The notes under the pieces: model-generated
Databases searched by the model: none
What the model saw: only the letters and a program-made list of their open reading frames with translations
What the model was told of the DNA's origin: nothing
In this document: piece after piece, positions 34,363 through 44,311 of the stretch
Layout: the number at the start of each line of letters is the position of its first letter
Numbering within the stretch: position 1 is the first letter of the stretch
Position numbers and translations under genes: made by a program
DNA from: Candidatus Saccharimonadia bacterium
Lineage (GTDB): Bacteria > Patescibacteriota > SICC01
NCBI GenBank assembly: GCA_025449535.1
Contig: JANWJF010000001.1
Span: forward strand, 4,279 to 68,278
Direction: 5' to 3'
DNA: 64,000 nt

Positions 34363-35134
34363 GGCGCTACTGCCAGACGCCGAACCTAAACAAGAGATCC
34401 CGATCGCGGACATCATGCTGCCCGAGTCGCAACCGCGCGAGCGGTTCGTGGAGCAGGAGATCATGCAGCTGGCAGCGAGCATCAAGCATCACGGCGTCCT
34501 CCAGCCGCTAGTGGTGGCCGAGGACGGCGAGGGCTTCCGCCTGATCGCAGGCGAGCGGCGGCTGCGAGCCTCGAAGCTCGCCGGACTCAGTCACGTGCCT
34601 GTCTTCATGCGGAGCGATGACTCCCAGCGGCACTTCGAGCTTGCCCTGATCGAGAACCTCCAGCGCAGCGACCTCTCGCCGCTCGAGGAGGCCAAGGCAT
34701 ATGAACGGCTGCTGGGCGAGTCCGAACTCACGCAGGAGGCGTTGGCCTCCCGTCTGGGCGTCGGCCGGGCCAAGGTCGCCCTGAGCCTCCGGCTCCTGAA
34801 GCTTCCCGCGGCGGCCCAGCGCGCCCTGAACGAGGGCCGGATTACCGCCGGGCACGCCCAGGCGGTCCTGGCCGCCGGCCCCGAGCGCGGCCCGCGAGTC
34901 CTCGACGCCATCTTGGAAAAGCGGCTGTCCGTCCGGGCCGCCGAACGGTTGGCCAAGGGTGGCGGCGCGCCGTCGGCGCGTCCGGGCGGACAGCCCGACT
35001 GGGCCGAGGAACTTTCCCGGACGCTCGGCACTCAGGTCAAGGTGCGCGGCACTGCCAAGCGGGGCACGTTGTCCGTGTCCTATCACTCCGCCGACGAACT
35101 CGAGCGGGTCCTCGGCAAGTTGCGCCGCGATTGA
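34325..35134 (+). CDS. parB: chromosome partitioning protein ParB/Spo0J
   Basis: 'GLGRGLEALL', 'LIAGERRLRAS', HTH; follows parA. Confidence 0.85.
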   Translation: MSAPKRGLGRGLEALLPDAEPKQEIPIADIMLPESQPRERFVEQEIMQLAASIKHHGVLQPLVVAEDGEGFRLIAGERRLRASKLAGLSHVPVFMRSDDSQRHFELALIENLQRSDLSPLEEAKAYERLLGESELTQEALASRLGVGRAKVALSLRLLKLPAAAQRALNEGRITAGHAQAVLAAGPERGPRVLDAILEKRLSVRAAERLAKGGGAPSARPGGQPDWAEELSRTLGTQVKVRGTAKRGTLSVSYHSADELERVLGKLRRD

Positions 35135-35135
35135 A

Positions 35136-35852
35136 TCAGGCCGGGGCGACGGTGAACGAGTAGCTCGTCGGCCGCTCGTGCGGCACCGGGCCGAACTCGG
35201 CCAGGGGATAGACCCGCAGCCAGACCTTGCCGACCAGGAAGTCCTCCGGTACCGGCCCCCAAGCCCGGGAGTCCGAGGACTTGCCGGGAAGCCGGTTGTC
35301 ACCGGCCACGAAGTACTCCTCCGAACCCAACGTCCAGCTCGTCTGGCCGCTCTCGGGCAAGGTGTTGGTGCCTTCAACCTCATACGGCTCCTTAAGCACG
35401 AACCCCTCCGGGTGTTCCTCGTTCACGATCACGAACTTGCCGTCGGTTAGTCTGACTGTCTCGCCGGGAAGCCCGACGACCCGCTTGATGTAGCTCGTCT
35501 CCGGCTCGGGAGGAGCCTTGAATACGGCCACGTCGCCGCGCTTCGGCTTGCCGAGTGAGTATGAGACCTGGTTCACCAGCAGGTAATTGCCGTTCTGGAA
35601 GTTAGGCTCCATGCTCTCCCCGACCACGAGGAACGGCTGGATCAGGAAGGCCCGCACGACGACCGCCACAAGCACGATGAAGGCGACCGTCTTGGCGACC
35701 TCCCAGACGGCGTGCAAGGCCCGTTCTCCCTTGGCCGGCTGCTCCGGCTCCGCGGGGATGTTCGCGAACGCCGGGTTCTCCGAAGGGTCGGGGTTCTTGA
35801 CCGCGCTCCGGTGCGGCGGCTTGGCTTTTGGTTTCCGCGGCATACGGAACAA
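35136..35852 (-). CDS. lepB: signal peptidase I
   Basis: TM anchor, 'VVGESMEPNF' Ser box, 'GDVAVFK', 'VAGDNRLPGKSSDSRAWGPV'. TTG start. Confidence 0.8.
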   Translation of the reverse strand: MFRMPRKPKAKPPHRSAVKNPDPSENPAFANIPAEPEQPAKGERALHAVWEVAKTVAFIVLVAVVVRAFLIQPFLVVGESMEPNFQNGNYLLVNQVSYSLGKPKRGDVAVFKAPPEPETSYIKRVVGLPGETVRLTDGKFVIVNEEHPEGFVLKEPYEVEGTNTLPESGQTSWTLGSEEYFVAGDNRLPGKSSDSRAWGPVPEDFLVGKVWLRVYPLAEFGPVPHERPTSYSFTVAPA

Positions 35853-35979
35853 GCGTAGCGCATGGCCGTTCCCGGGGCCATGCCGTGCTTGCGGTCCGAT
35901 TGCAAACGGTGTAGGACTCGCTCTATGCGCGTTTTCCGGCCGACCGGGCAGCTGGTATCATTAGTCCTCGGAGGAGCGC

Positions 35980-37341
35980 GTGGTCAAACTCGTCACCGAA
36001 ACAGAGAACCAACCGGAACCAGCCAGGAACGAACCGGCGCGTCCGGAACACCCGCATCGGCGGCACTGGTGGAAGGTACCGCTGTTGCTGTTCTTCGCGA
36101 TGGCGTTCCTAAGCTCCGGCTGGTTCACGTTCAAGGTCGCGTCCGCCACGGACAAGATATTCACGGAGAACATCGGCGGCGAGGCGGTGCTCAAACAGCG
36201 GCTCAAGGGCGGCGACCGGGTGAACATCCTGCTGATCGGGGTCGGCGGTGAGAATCACGACGGTGGCGATCTCGCCGATACGATCCAACTGGTCAGCGTG
36301 GAGCCGGAGGCCAAGCGGGCCGTGATGATCTCACTGCCGCGCGACCTGTACGTCCAGGTCCCGGATTCTCCCCAGCAGGTGAAGATCAACGAAGTGCACT
36401 CGATCGGTGAGGACCAGGACGTGCCGGGAGGCGGGCCCGCCTTGCTCAAGCGCAAGGTCGGGGAGATCCTGGGGCTCGACGTGCACTACTTCGTCCGCGC
36501 CGACTTCGACGGCTTCCGCCAGATCGTGGATTCCATGGGAGGGGTCGACCTCAACGTTAAGGAAGCGCTGTACGATCCGTACTATCCGCTCGGGCACGGC
36601 TACCAGGTCCTCGATGTCAAGCCCGGGCGGCAGCATATGAACGGAGACCTGGCGCTCAAGTACGCCCGTTCCCGCGAGACGACCAGCGACTTCGACCGCA
36701 GTCGGCGCCAGCAGGAGGTGTTGGTCGCGACTCGGAACAAGGCACTCTCGGTGGCCTACCTCACTAATCCGACCAAGATCAGCCAGCTGATCGACATCGT
36801 GGGCGACCACGTCCTGACCGACATGACGCTAAAGGAGGCGCAGCGTCTGGCCGAGATCGTCCGGGACATCCAGCCGGAGCGCGTGACGAACCAGGTGGTC
36901 GACGGCGACAAGACGGGACTGCTCTATGACAGCGTCGGGCCCGGCGGCGCGTACATCCTGGTGCCGACCGCCGGCAACTATTCCGAGATCCAGGAGTTCG
37001 TGAAGCAACTGCTCGGCAGCTCCGCGGCCCGTAGCGAGGCCGCCAAGGTCGAGCTTCGGAACGCCAGCGGCGTCGAAGGGCTGGCCGCCGGGGAACGGGA
37101 GGGATTGAAGGCCTTCGGGGTCAACGTGATCAAGGTCGGCAACGCGGCGGAGATCGCGCAGCGCACCGTGATCTATGACTATACCGACGGCCGGAAGCCG
37201 GACACCATCCGGCTCCTCAAGGAGCGGTACGGCGCGGAGGTAGTCGTCCAGCCCCGCCCGAAGGGATCCGGCGTGGATGTCCGGGTCGTGGTCGGGACCG
37301 ACTACCAGCAGCTCCCGGCCGCCACCGAAGAGGCTTTCTGA
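35980..37341 (+). CDS. LytR-CpsA-Psr (LCP) family cell-envelope glycopolymer transferase
   Basis: N-terminal TM, 'LLIGVGGENHDGGDLADTIQLVSV..MISLPRDL' LCP core, LytR_C-like C-terminus. Track coordinates used; my hand count of the start differed by 1 nt. Confidence 0.8.
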   Translation: MVKLVTETENQPEPARNEPARPEHPHRRHWWKVPLLLFFAMAFLSSGWFTFKVASATDKIFTENIGGEAVLKQRLKGGDRVNILLIGVGGENHDGGDLADTIQLVSVEPEAKRAVMISLPRDLYVQVPDSPQQVKINEVHSIGEDQDVPGGGPALLKRKVGEILGLDVHYFVRADFDGFRQIVDSMGGVDLNVKEALYDPYYPLGHGYQVLDVKPGRQHMNGDLALKYARSRETTSDFDRSRRQQEVLVATRNKALSVAYLTNPTKISQLIDIVGDHVLTDMTLKEAQRLAEIVRDIQPERVTNQVVDGDKTGLLYDSVGPGGAYILVPTAGNYSEIQEFVKQLLGSSAARSEAAKVELRNASGVEGLAAGEREGLKAFGVNVIKVGNAAEIAQRTVIYDYTDGRKPDTIRLLKERYGAEVVVQPRPKGSGVDVRVVVGTDYQQLPAATEEAF

Positions 37342-38432
37342 TGGAACGCGTGCCGGTGGATACCCGGCCGCCGCGACCGCTCGGCTTGCGGTTCCTGGCC
37401 GTCGCCGTAATCTTGTGCTTCCTGGCGGGATTGGCCGGCGTCGCGGCCGGCGTCGCCGGATTCGGGGACGGGCAGGGTGAGGTGACACAGGAAACCAGGC
37501 AGGTCACGGTTCACGACGAGAGTGCGGTGATCGACGCCGTCGGCGCGGTCTCGCCGGCAGTGGTGACGGTCACTACCAAGGGAGAACCGACGTTCTTCGC
37601 GCCGGGCGGCACCGAGGCCGGCGGCAGCGGGTTCATCGTGACGGCCGACGGGCTGATCGTCACGAACAAGCACGTCGTCCAGGGTGCCACGGGCGGCACC
37701 ATCGTGACCGTCGCGGACGGCCGCCAGTTCGATGCCAGGGTCGTGGCCACGGACCCCGCGTTCGACCTGGCGTTGCTCAAGATCTCCGCCAAGGACTTGC
37801 CGGTCGCCGAGCTCGGCAAGGCCGATGAGCTCCGGGTCGGGCAAGGAGTGATTGCGATCGGGAACGCCCTCGGGCAATTCGACAACACCGTGACCGCCGG
37901 CGTGCTTTCCGCGACCGGACGGGCGCTCGGTAGCGACGGCCAGACCAGTCTCGACGATCTGCTGCAGACCGACGCGGCGATTAATCCCGGGAACTCCGGC
38001 GGGCCGTTGGTCAATCTTTCCGGTAAGGTAATCGGCGTCAATACGGCGGTCAGCGGCGGCGCCGAGGGTATCGGCTTCGCGATCCCGGTCGGATACGTCG
38101 ACCAGGCCATCGACAGCTACCAGCAACATGGCAAGATCAACCGCGGCCGGCTCGGGGTGACGACCCGGGCCCTGACCGCCCACGAGGCCGAGCAGAACGA
38201 GCTCGACGTCGAGGAAGGCGTCCTCGTACTGGCCGTCACCCCGGACTCCGCTGCTGCGGATGCCGGCATCCGCCGGGGAGACATCGTCCTGTCCGTCGAC
38301 CAGGCGGCAGTCGACCGGGGCCATACGCTGACCAGCCTGATCGCTTCCCGGCAGCCCGGGACGAAGGTCCAGCTGCGGATTAAGCGCGGCGACGCGGACC
38401 GTAACGTCTCCGTCATCCTGGACGGACGCTAG
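37341..38432 (+). CDS. HtrA/DegP-type trypsin-like serine protease with PDZ domain
   Basis: TM anchor, catalytic 'GNSGGPLVNLSGKVIGVNTA', C-terminal PDZ. TGATG overlap with the upstream gene. Confidence 0.8.
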   Translation: MERVPVDTRPPRPLGLRFLAVAVILCFLAGLAGVAAGVAGFGDGQGEVTQETRQVTVHDESAVIDAVGAVSPAVVTVTTKGEPTFFAPGGTEAGGSGFIVTADGLIVTNKHVVQGATGGTIVTVADGRQFDARVVATDPAFDLALLKISAKDLPVAELGKADELRVGQGVIAIGNALGQFDNTVTAGVLSATGRALGSDGQTSLDDLLQTDAAINPGNSGGPLVNLSGKVIGVNTAVSGGAEGIGFAIPVGYVDQAIDSYQQHGKINRGRLGVTTRALTAHEAEQNELDVEEGVLVLAVTPDSAAADAGIRRGDIVLSVDQAAVDRGHTLTSLIASRQPGTKVQLRIKRGDADRNVSVILDGR

Positions 38433-39205
38433 AAGCCGGTCACCCGGTCGAGACCGGCCAAGTCGGTCATCGTCTTGGCGCGGAGCCCGAGCAACTTCCG
38501 TACGGCAGGGCCGTGGGACTTCCGGTGTTCCAAAAGGAAATGTCGGGGCGACAATCCGCGTTCCTGTAGCTGGCCCACGAGCTTCCGGATGATGTCGAGT
38601 CCGTCCCGACCGCCTTCGAACGACAGCGCCGGTTCGAACGGCGGTGGGACGTCGGCGGTCTCTAAGTAGGGCGGGTTGCTCAAGATCACCAGCCGCTCCT
38701 GAGCGATCCTTGCAGCTACCGCAGGCAGCCCGTCTGCCTGCGCGAGTCCGACGTCCGCGCCCAGGCGTTTGGCATTCCGCCTCGCCACCGTCAATGCTTT
38801 CAGGAAAATATCAGAGAGCACGACCGACACGTCGGGTCGTTCCAGGGCGACGGTGATTCCGATGCAGCCGGATCCCGTCCCGATATCAATAACCGTGTCA
38901 CCCGGTCGCAGGACGAGCAGGGCTTGCTCGACCAGGCCTTCCGTTTCCGGCCGGGGACAGAGGACGTCCTGCGAAACCTCGAAGTCACGTCCGTAAAATT
39001 CCTTGCTACCCGTCAGGTAGGCGACCGGCTCTCCGGCCCGCCGCCGTTCGGACAGCGTCGCGAACCGTTCACGTACCGCCCGCGGGACCGGTGCGGCGGC
39101 ATGGGCGAGCAGCCAGGTGCGGGGGCGATCCAGCGCCCAGGCCAGCAGCACCTCGGCGTCCAAGGCATCGAGTCCCGATTCGTCCAGTGTCTCCTTAACC
39201 GTCAT
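38429..39205 (-). CDS. prmC: release-factor glutamine N5-methyltransferase PrmC/HemK
   Basis: 'ILSNPPYLE' NPPY motif, SAM-binding '[12 protein letters not shown]'. Start at internal Met 'MTVKETL'; overlaps the prfA end. Confidence 0.75.
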   Translation of the reverse strand: MTVKETLDESGLDALDAEVLLAWALDRPRTWLLAHAAAPVPRAVRERFATLSERRRAGEPVAYLTGSKEFYGRDFEVSQDVLCPRPETEGLVEQALLVLRPGDTVIDIGTGSGCIGITVALERPDVSVVLSDIFLKALTVARRNAKRLGADVGLAQADGLPAVAARIAQERLVILSNPPYLETADVPPPFEPALSFEGGRDGLDIIRKLVGQLQERGLSPRHFLLEHRKSHGPAVRKLLGLRAKTMTDLAGLDRVTGF

Positions 39206-40244
39206 CCCGCGCGGCCTCGCGGAGCGCGTCGACGATCGGCCGGAGCTCGCCGCCGAGCGCTCCCTTGACGTTCGAGAAGGATCGCTTGACGCGATGATCG
39301 GTGATCCGGTCCTGCGGGAAGTTGTACGTCCGGATCTTCTCGCTGCGGTCACCGGTGCCGATCTGGCCGCGCCGCGCGTCGCCGCGCTCGGTCGCCGCCT
39401 CCGCGTCCCGCTTGGCCTTAAGCCGGGAGCGGAGGATCTGCATCGCCTTGGCGCGGTTCTTGTGCTGGCTCTTCTCGTCCTGACAACTGACCGTAATCCC
39501 GGTCGGGACGTGGGTGATCCGGACCGCGGAATCCGTGGTGTTCACGCTCTGTCCGCCCGGTCCGGAGCTGCGGAAGACGTCCACTCGGATCTCGTCGGGC
39601 TTGATCTCGAACTCGGTCTCCTCGGCCTCCGGCAGGACCGCCACTGTGGCCGTGGAGGTGTGGATGCGCCCGCCGGATTCGGTGGCCGGGATCCGTTGGA
39701 CGCGGTGCGTACCGCCCTCGTATCGGAGCAGCCCGAACGCCTCCGGCCCGTCCAGCTTGAACACGACCTCCTTGAACCCGCCGACCTCCGACGGGCTGGA
39801 GGACAGCAGTTCGGCGGCCAGGCCGTTCTCCTCGGCGAACCGCACGTACATCCCGTAGAGCTCCTTGGCGAACAGGGAAGCCTCGTCGCCGCCGGCCCCG
39901 GCCCGGATCTCCAGGATCGCCGGCTTCCCGTCGTCCGGGTCACGTTCCCGGGTCAGGTCGACCAGCTGGACCCGGAGCCGCTCCAGGCGCTCCTGAGACG
40001 CCGCTTCCTCTTCCACTGCCAACTGCTTCAGCGAGTCGTCGTCGCCTTCCGCGATCTCCTTGGCGTCGGCAATCGCTTTCTCGGCATGCGTGATCTCGCC
40101 CCGCAGGTCCAGCAGTTCCTCGAGTTCCTTCTTGCGTTTGCCGATACGTGCCAAGGCGCCGGCGTCGGCGGTCACCGTGGGATCCGCCAACTGCTCGGTC
40201 AGCTGGTCGTTCTCATCCTGGATGGCTTGCCAATCGACGGCCAT
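39195..40244 (-). CDS. prfA: peptide chain release factor 1
   Basis: '[21 protein letters not shown]' GGQ motif, '[12 protein letters not shown]' (PxT). Confidence 0.9.
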   Translation of the reverse strand: MAVDWQAIQDENDQLTEQLADPTVTADAGALARIGKRKKELEELLDLRGEITHAEKAIADAKEIAEGDDDSLKQLAVEEEAASQERLERLRVQLVDLTRERDPDDGKPAILEIRAGAGGDEASLFAKELYGMYVRFAEENGLAAELLSSSPSEVGGFKEVVFKLDGPEAFGLLRYEGGTHRVQRIPATESGGRIHTSTATVAVLPEAEETEFEIKPDEIRVDVFRSSGPGGQSVNTTDSAVRITHVPTGITVSCQDEKSQHKNRAKAMQILRSRLKAKRDAEAATERGDARRGQIGTGDRSEKIRTYNFPQDRITDHRVKRSFSNVKGALGGELRPIVDALREAARDDG

Positions 40245-40262
40245 GGTGCCTTCGGACGGCAG

Positions 40263-40595
40263 CTACTTGTCGCGCTGCTCGAGGTCCTGCTTCATCGCCG
40301 CCAAACGCTCGGCGGGCGTGGGTTCGTCCGATCCGCCCTCGGCCGCCTTGGCGGGTTCCTGGGGCTTCCGGGCCGGCTGCTGCTTCTTGGCCGCCTTGGC
40401 GACTCGGGCCTGGAAACGCTCGACCCGGCCGGCCGTGTCGACCAGCTTCTGCTTGCCGGTATAGAACGGGTGGCACTGGCTGCAGAGCTCCACCCGGATC
40501 TCCTGGGCGGTCGAACCGACTGTGAACTCGCGGCTGCAGCCGGAGCAGCTCACCTTGGCGTCGGGGTAATACGTCGGATGTATCGAGGCTTGCAT
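40263..40595 (-). CDS. rpmE: 50S ribosomal protein L31 with Lys/Ala-rich C-terminal tail
   Basis: '[37 protein letters not shown]'. Internal Met chosen. Confidence 0.7.
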   Translation of the reverse strand: MQASIHPTYYPDAKVSCSGCSREFTVGSTAQEIRVELCSQCHPFYTGKQKLVDTAGRVERFQARVAKAAKKQQPARKPQEPAKAAEGGSDEPTPAERLAAMKQDLEQRDK

Positions 40596-40716
40596 ACTTT
40601 TCCCAGTATAGCCCCAAATCACGTTTTTGGCTTATACTGGGCGGGTATTCAATTTCACACCCGGTCACGAGGCTCCTCTCACCATGAGTACGGCCGGGGA
40701 GGCATAAGGAGAACAT

Positions 40717-41520
40717 ATGGCAACCGTGACGATCAAATCGCTACTTGAAGCTGGTGTCCACTTCGGACATCAGACCCGTCGTTGGAACCCGAAGATGACC
40801 GATTACATCTTCGGCGAACGGGACGGCGTGCACATCATCGACCTTGAGCAGACGCTCGGCTACCTGCACGAGGCAGAGGCCGCCGCCGAGCGGGTCGCCA
40901 AGGACGGCGGGACGGTCCTTTTCGTGGGTACCAAGCGACAAGGCAAGGACATCCTCCGTTCGGCCGCGGAGCGGGCCAAGATGCCCTACATCAACGAGCG
41001 CTGGCTCGGCGGGTTCCTGACGAACTTCGACACGGTGAAGACCCGGCTGGAACGGCTCCGGAAACTCCGGGCCGGCAAGGAAGCGGGGGACTGGGACCGG
41101 TTGCCGAAGGGCGAGCAGGCGATGCTGCAACGCGAGCTGTCGCGTCTGGAGACCACCCTCGGCGGAGTCGCGGACCTGGAGAAACGGCCGGAAGCGCTCT
41201 TCGTGAACGACGTGGTCCGGGAGAAGTGGACGGTCGCGGAGGCCAAGAAGCTCGGCATCCCGGTGATCGGCGTCGTCGACTCCAACGCCAACCCGCAGGG
41301 CATCGACCACCCGATCCCCGGAAACGACGACGCCGTGTCCGCGATCAGCCTGATCGCCGAGGCGATCGCCACCGCGGTGGCCAAGGGTCGCGAGGCGTAC
41401 GAGAAGTCGAGCAAGGCGGTCCAGCAGGCCAAGGAGGCGGAAGCGACCAAGGGCGAGAAGAAGCCGGCTACGGCATCCTCTTCCGGCTCGGCGATCCCGG
41501 CCGCCAAGGGAGCGGCGTGA
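40717..41520 (+). CDS. rpsB: 30S ribosomal protein S2
   Basis: 'SLLEAGVHFGHQTRRWNPKM'. Confidence 0.9.
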   Translation: MATVTIKSLLEAGVHFGHQTRRWNPKMTDYIFGERDGVHIIDLEQTLGYLHEAEAAAERVAKDGGTVLFVGTKRQGKDILRSAAERAKMPYINERWLGGFLTNFDTVKTRLERLRKLRAGKEAGDWDRLPKGEQAMLQRELSRLETTLGGVADLEKRPEALFVNDVVREKWTVAEAKKLGIPVIGVVDSNANPQGIDHPIPGNDDAVSAISLIAEAIATAVAKGREAYEKSSKAVQQAKEAEATKGEKKPATASSSGSAIPAAKGAA

Positions 41521-42014
41521 GCGTCTCCGCGCAGGACGTCCAGCGGTTGCGCACGGAGACCGGCGCCGGCATCATGGACGCCAAGCGCTCGCTAGAGGAG
41601 GCCAAAGGGGACGTAGCCAAGGCCAAGGCCCTGCTCAAGGAGCGTGGCCTGACCAAGGCGGCCAAGAAGGCCGGCCGCGAGACCGCCGAAGGGGTCGTGC
41701 ACAGCTACATCCACGGCGGCGGCAAGATCGGCGTGTTGTTGGAACTGCTTTGTGAGACGGACTTCGTCGCCAAGAACGACGACTTCCAGGCCCTGGCGCA
41801 GGAGATCGCCATGCAGATCGCGGCCGCGAACCCCCGGGATACGAAGGAACTGCTCGCCCAGCCGCACATCAAGGACGAGAAGCAGACCGTCGAGCAGTTG
41901 CTCCAAGCCTCGGTCGTTAAGCTGGGTGAGAACATCAAGATGACCCGGTTCACGCGGTACGCGCTCGGCGTGTCCGGGAGCGCGGCCGACGGAGCTGAGC
42001 CCGACGATGGCTGA
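41517..42014 (+). CDS. tsf: elongation factor Ts (short, about 166 aa)
   Basis: GTG start overlapping the rpsB stop (GTGA). 'VSAQDVQRLRTETGAGIMDAKRSLEE' is the EF-Ts N-terminus. The track ORF 41226.. is an upstream in-frame artefact. Confidence 0.75.
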   Translation: MSVSAQDVQRLRTETGAGIMDAKRSLEEAKGDVAKAKALLKERGLTKAAKKAGRETAEGVVHSYIHGGGKIGVLLELLCETDFVAKNDDFQALAQEIAMQIAAANPRDTKELLAQPHIKDEKQTVEQLLQASVVKLGENIKMTRFTRYALGVSGSAADGAEPDDG

Positions 42015-42525
42015 ATTCGCGAAGGTCGCGACGTTCCTGCGGGACGAGTTGTCCGGCATCCGGACAGGACGGGCCAATCCGGAGCTGTTGGCGGACCTGC
42101 CGGTGGACGCCTACGGCACTGAACAACCGCTCAAGTCGCTGGCCCAGTTGTCCGTACCCGAGGCGACGACCATCCTGGTCGCCCCCTGGGACAAGGGATT
42201 GCTGGCCGCCATCGAGCAGGCGATTCGAGCGGCCGGGCTCGACGGACAACCGACCAACGACGGCACCCATATCCGGTTCACCTTGCCGCCGCTCACCGAG
42301 GAGCGCCGCCGGGAGCTGGTCAAGGTCGTCGGCGAGAAGCTGGAGGCGGCCCGGGTGTCGCTCCGCAACATTCGGCGCGACGAGATCGACGCCGCGGAGA
42401 AGGCCGACCTTTCGGAGGACGAGCTGGAGCGGCGCAAGAAGGAGATTGACGACGAGGCCACGAAGGTCCAGAAAGAACTTGATGACATCGCCGAAGCGAA
42501 GAAACAGGAGCTGCTGACCGTATGA
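42007..42525 (+). CDS. frr: ribosome recycling factor
   Basis: 'LSGIRTGRANPELL' RRF pattern. rpsB-tsf-frr-uppS order. Confidence 0.85.
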   Translation: MAEFAKVATFLRDELSGIRTGRANPELLADLPVDAYGTEQPLKSLAQLSVPEATTILVAPWDKGLLAAIEQAIRAAGLDGQPTNDGTHIRFTLPPLTEERRRELVKVVGEKLEAARVSLRNIRRDEIDAAEKADLSEDELERRKKEIDDEATKVQKELDDIAEAKKQELLTV

Positions 42526-43214
42526 GCACCCGATCGACCGACCCCCAGCACGTCGCCCTGATCCTGGACGGCAACCGCCGCTGGGCCAAGCTGCGCGGTC
42601 TGCCGGCCATGAAGGGCCACTGGCACGGTCTCTACAAGGCGCTCTGGCCAGTGGTGTTGGAAGCGCCCGAACAAGACATAAGCCACCTGACCGCCTGGGC
42701 CTTCTCCACCGAGAACTGGAACCGGAGCGACAAGGAGGTCGAGTACCTGTTCCGGCTCTTCGAGCGGGGCATCCGCAATCGGGTCAACGAGCTCAACCAT
42801 AAGAACATCCGGATCAATGCGGTCGGGCAGATCGACCGGTTCCCCGAGAAGCTGCGGTCTGTCCTGCGCGAAGCGATGGAGCGCACCGCCGGCAACGACG
42901 GCATGGTCTTCACGCTGGCGCTCTCTTACGGCGGACGGGCCGAGCTGGTCGCCGCCGCCCAGAAGCTCGCCGGCAAGAAGCCCCATGAGATCACCGAGGA
43001 GAGCTTTGCCCAGGCGCTGTACGACCCGGACCTGCCGGACGTCGACCTGATCGTCCGCACCAGCGGCGAGCAGCGGCTGTCCGGCTTCATGCCGTGGCAG
43101 GGGACATACGCGGAGCTGATATTCTCGAAGAAGCAGTGGCCGGACTTCCGACCCGAGGACCTGGCCGAGGCGCTTGCCGAGTTCCGCGTTCGCCAACGCC
43201 GCTTCGGCGGTTAG
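42522..43214 (+). CDS. uppS: undecaprenyl diphosphate synthase
   Basis: 'HVALILDGNRRWAK', 'RTSGEQRLSGFMPWQ'. Confidence 0.85.
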   Translation: MSTRSTDPQHVALILDGNRRWAKLRGLPAMKGHWHGLYKALWPVVLEAPEQDISHLTAWAFSTENWNRSDKEVEYLFRLFERGIRNRVNELNHKNIRINAVGQIDRFPEKLRSVLREAMERTAGNDGMVFTLALSYGGRAELVAAAQKLAGKKPHEITEESFAQALYDPDLPDVDLIVRTSGEQRLSGFMPWQGTYAELIFSKKQWPDFRPEDLAEALAEFRVRQRRFGG

Positions 43215-43226
43215 CCCACTCCAAAC

Positions 43227-44309
43227 ATGGAAACCCTGATCACCATCGTCGCGTTCCTCCTGATCATCGGCGCACTCGTCCTGGTGCACGAGTTCGGTCA
43301 CTTCTGGGTTGCGCGCCGGAATGGCATCAAGGTCGAGGAGTTCGCGTTCGGCCTGCCGCTCCTGCCGCGGATCTGGTCGACGAAGCGCGGTGAGACGACG
43401 TATTCCATCTACCCGGTGCCGATCGGCGGGTTCGTGCGGATGCTTGGCGAGGACGGGGAGTCGAAGTCCAAGCGCTCGTTCGCGGCCAAGCCGGCCGGGG
43501 TCCGGGCCAAGGTCCTGGTCGCCGGGGTGGCGATGAACGCGCTGACCGCGTACCTGCTCCTGACCGCCGGGTTCCTCGGCGGGATGCAGCCGCTCGCCCT
43601 CTGTGCCAGCGATTATCCGAACGCGAGCTACCAGAACGACGTCCGGATCGCGGCAGTCGCCAAGGACAGTCCGGCCGCACATTCCGGACTCAAGCAGGGC
43701 GACATCCTGCGCACGATCGGCGGCGAGAAGGTCGACTGCAGCCAGGAAGTACCGCAGCTGACGTCCGACCGGGCCGGCGAGCCGACCGCCTTCGGCATCA
43801 CGCGCGAGGGCAAGGAGCTGACCCTGACCGCCACACCCGGGGATTCGGGAACGTTCAAAGGCAAGGCCGGCATCGCCCCGGAAGACCAGTACCAGGACCT
43901 CCAGTATCCGTGGTGGGAAGCGCCGTACATCGCTCTGATCGAGACAGTCGCGATCGTCTCCGCGACGTTCACCGCCATCTTCGGGCTGTTCGCGAGCATC
44001 CTGACACAGGGCAGCGTGCCGGCCGGCGTGGCCGGCCCGGTCGGGATCGCCAAGCTGACCGGCGGCATCCTCGATCTCGGTGCGGTCGTCCTGCTGCGCT
44101 TCGTGGCCGTGATCTCGCTCAGCCTGGCGGTGTTCAACCTGATCCCGATCCCGGCGCTGGACGGCGGCCGGCTGCTGTTCATCGGCATCGAGAAGCTGCG
44201 TCGTGGCAAGCAGATTCCCGCCCAGGTCGAGCAGTACTTCCATATGGTCGGGTTCGCCCTCCTGATCGGCCTGATACTGTTCATCACGTATTTCGATATC
44301 ATTAGGTAG
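43227..44309 (+). CDS. rseP: RIP site-2 metalloprotease RseP (M50)
   Basis: 'HEFGHFWVARR' HExxH in TM1, PDZ, 'LNLIPIPALDGG' C-terminal motif. Confidence 0.8.
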   Translation: METLITIVAFLLIIGALVLVHEFGHFWVARRNGIKVEEFAFGLPLLPRIWSTKRGETTYSIYPVPIGGFVRMLGEDGESKSKRSFAAKPAGVRAKVLVAGVAMNALTAYLLLTAGFLGGMQPLALCASDYPNASYQNDVRIAAVAKDSPAAHSGLKQGDILRTIGGEKVDCSQEVPQLTSDRAGEPTAFGITREGKELTLTATPGDSGTFKGKAGIAPEDQYQDLQYPWWEAPYIALIETVAIVSATFTAIFGLFASILTQGSVPAGVAGPVGIAKLTGGILDLGAVVLLRFVAVISLSLAVFNLIPIPALDGGRLLFIGIEKLRRGKQIPAQVEQYFHMVGFALLIGLILFITYFDIIR

Positions 44310-44311
44310 CA

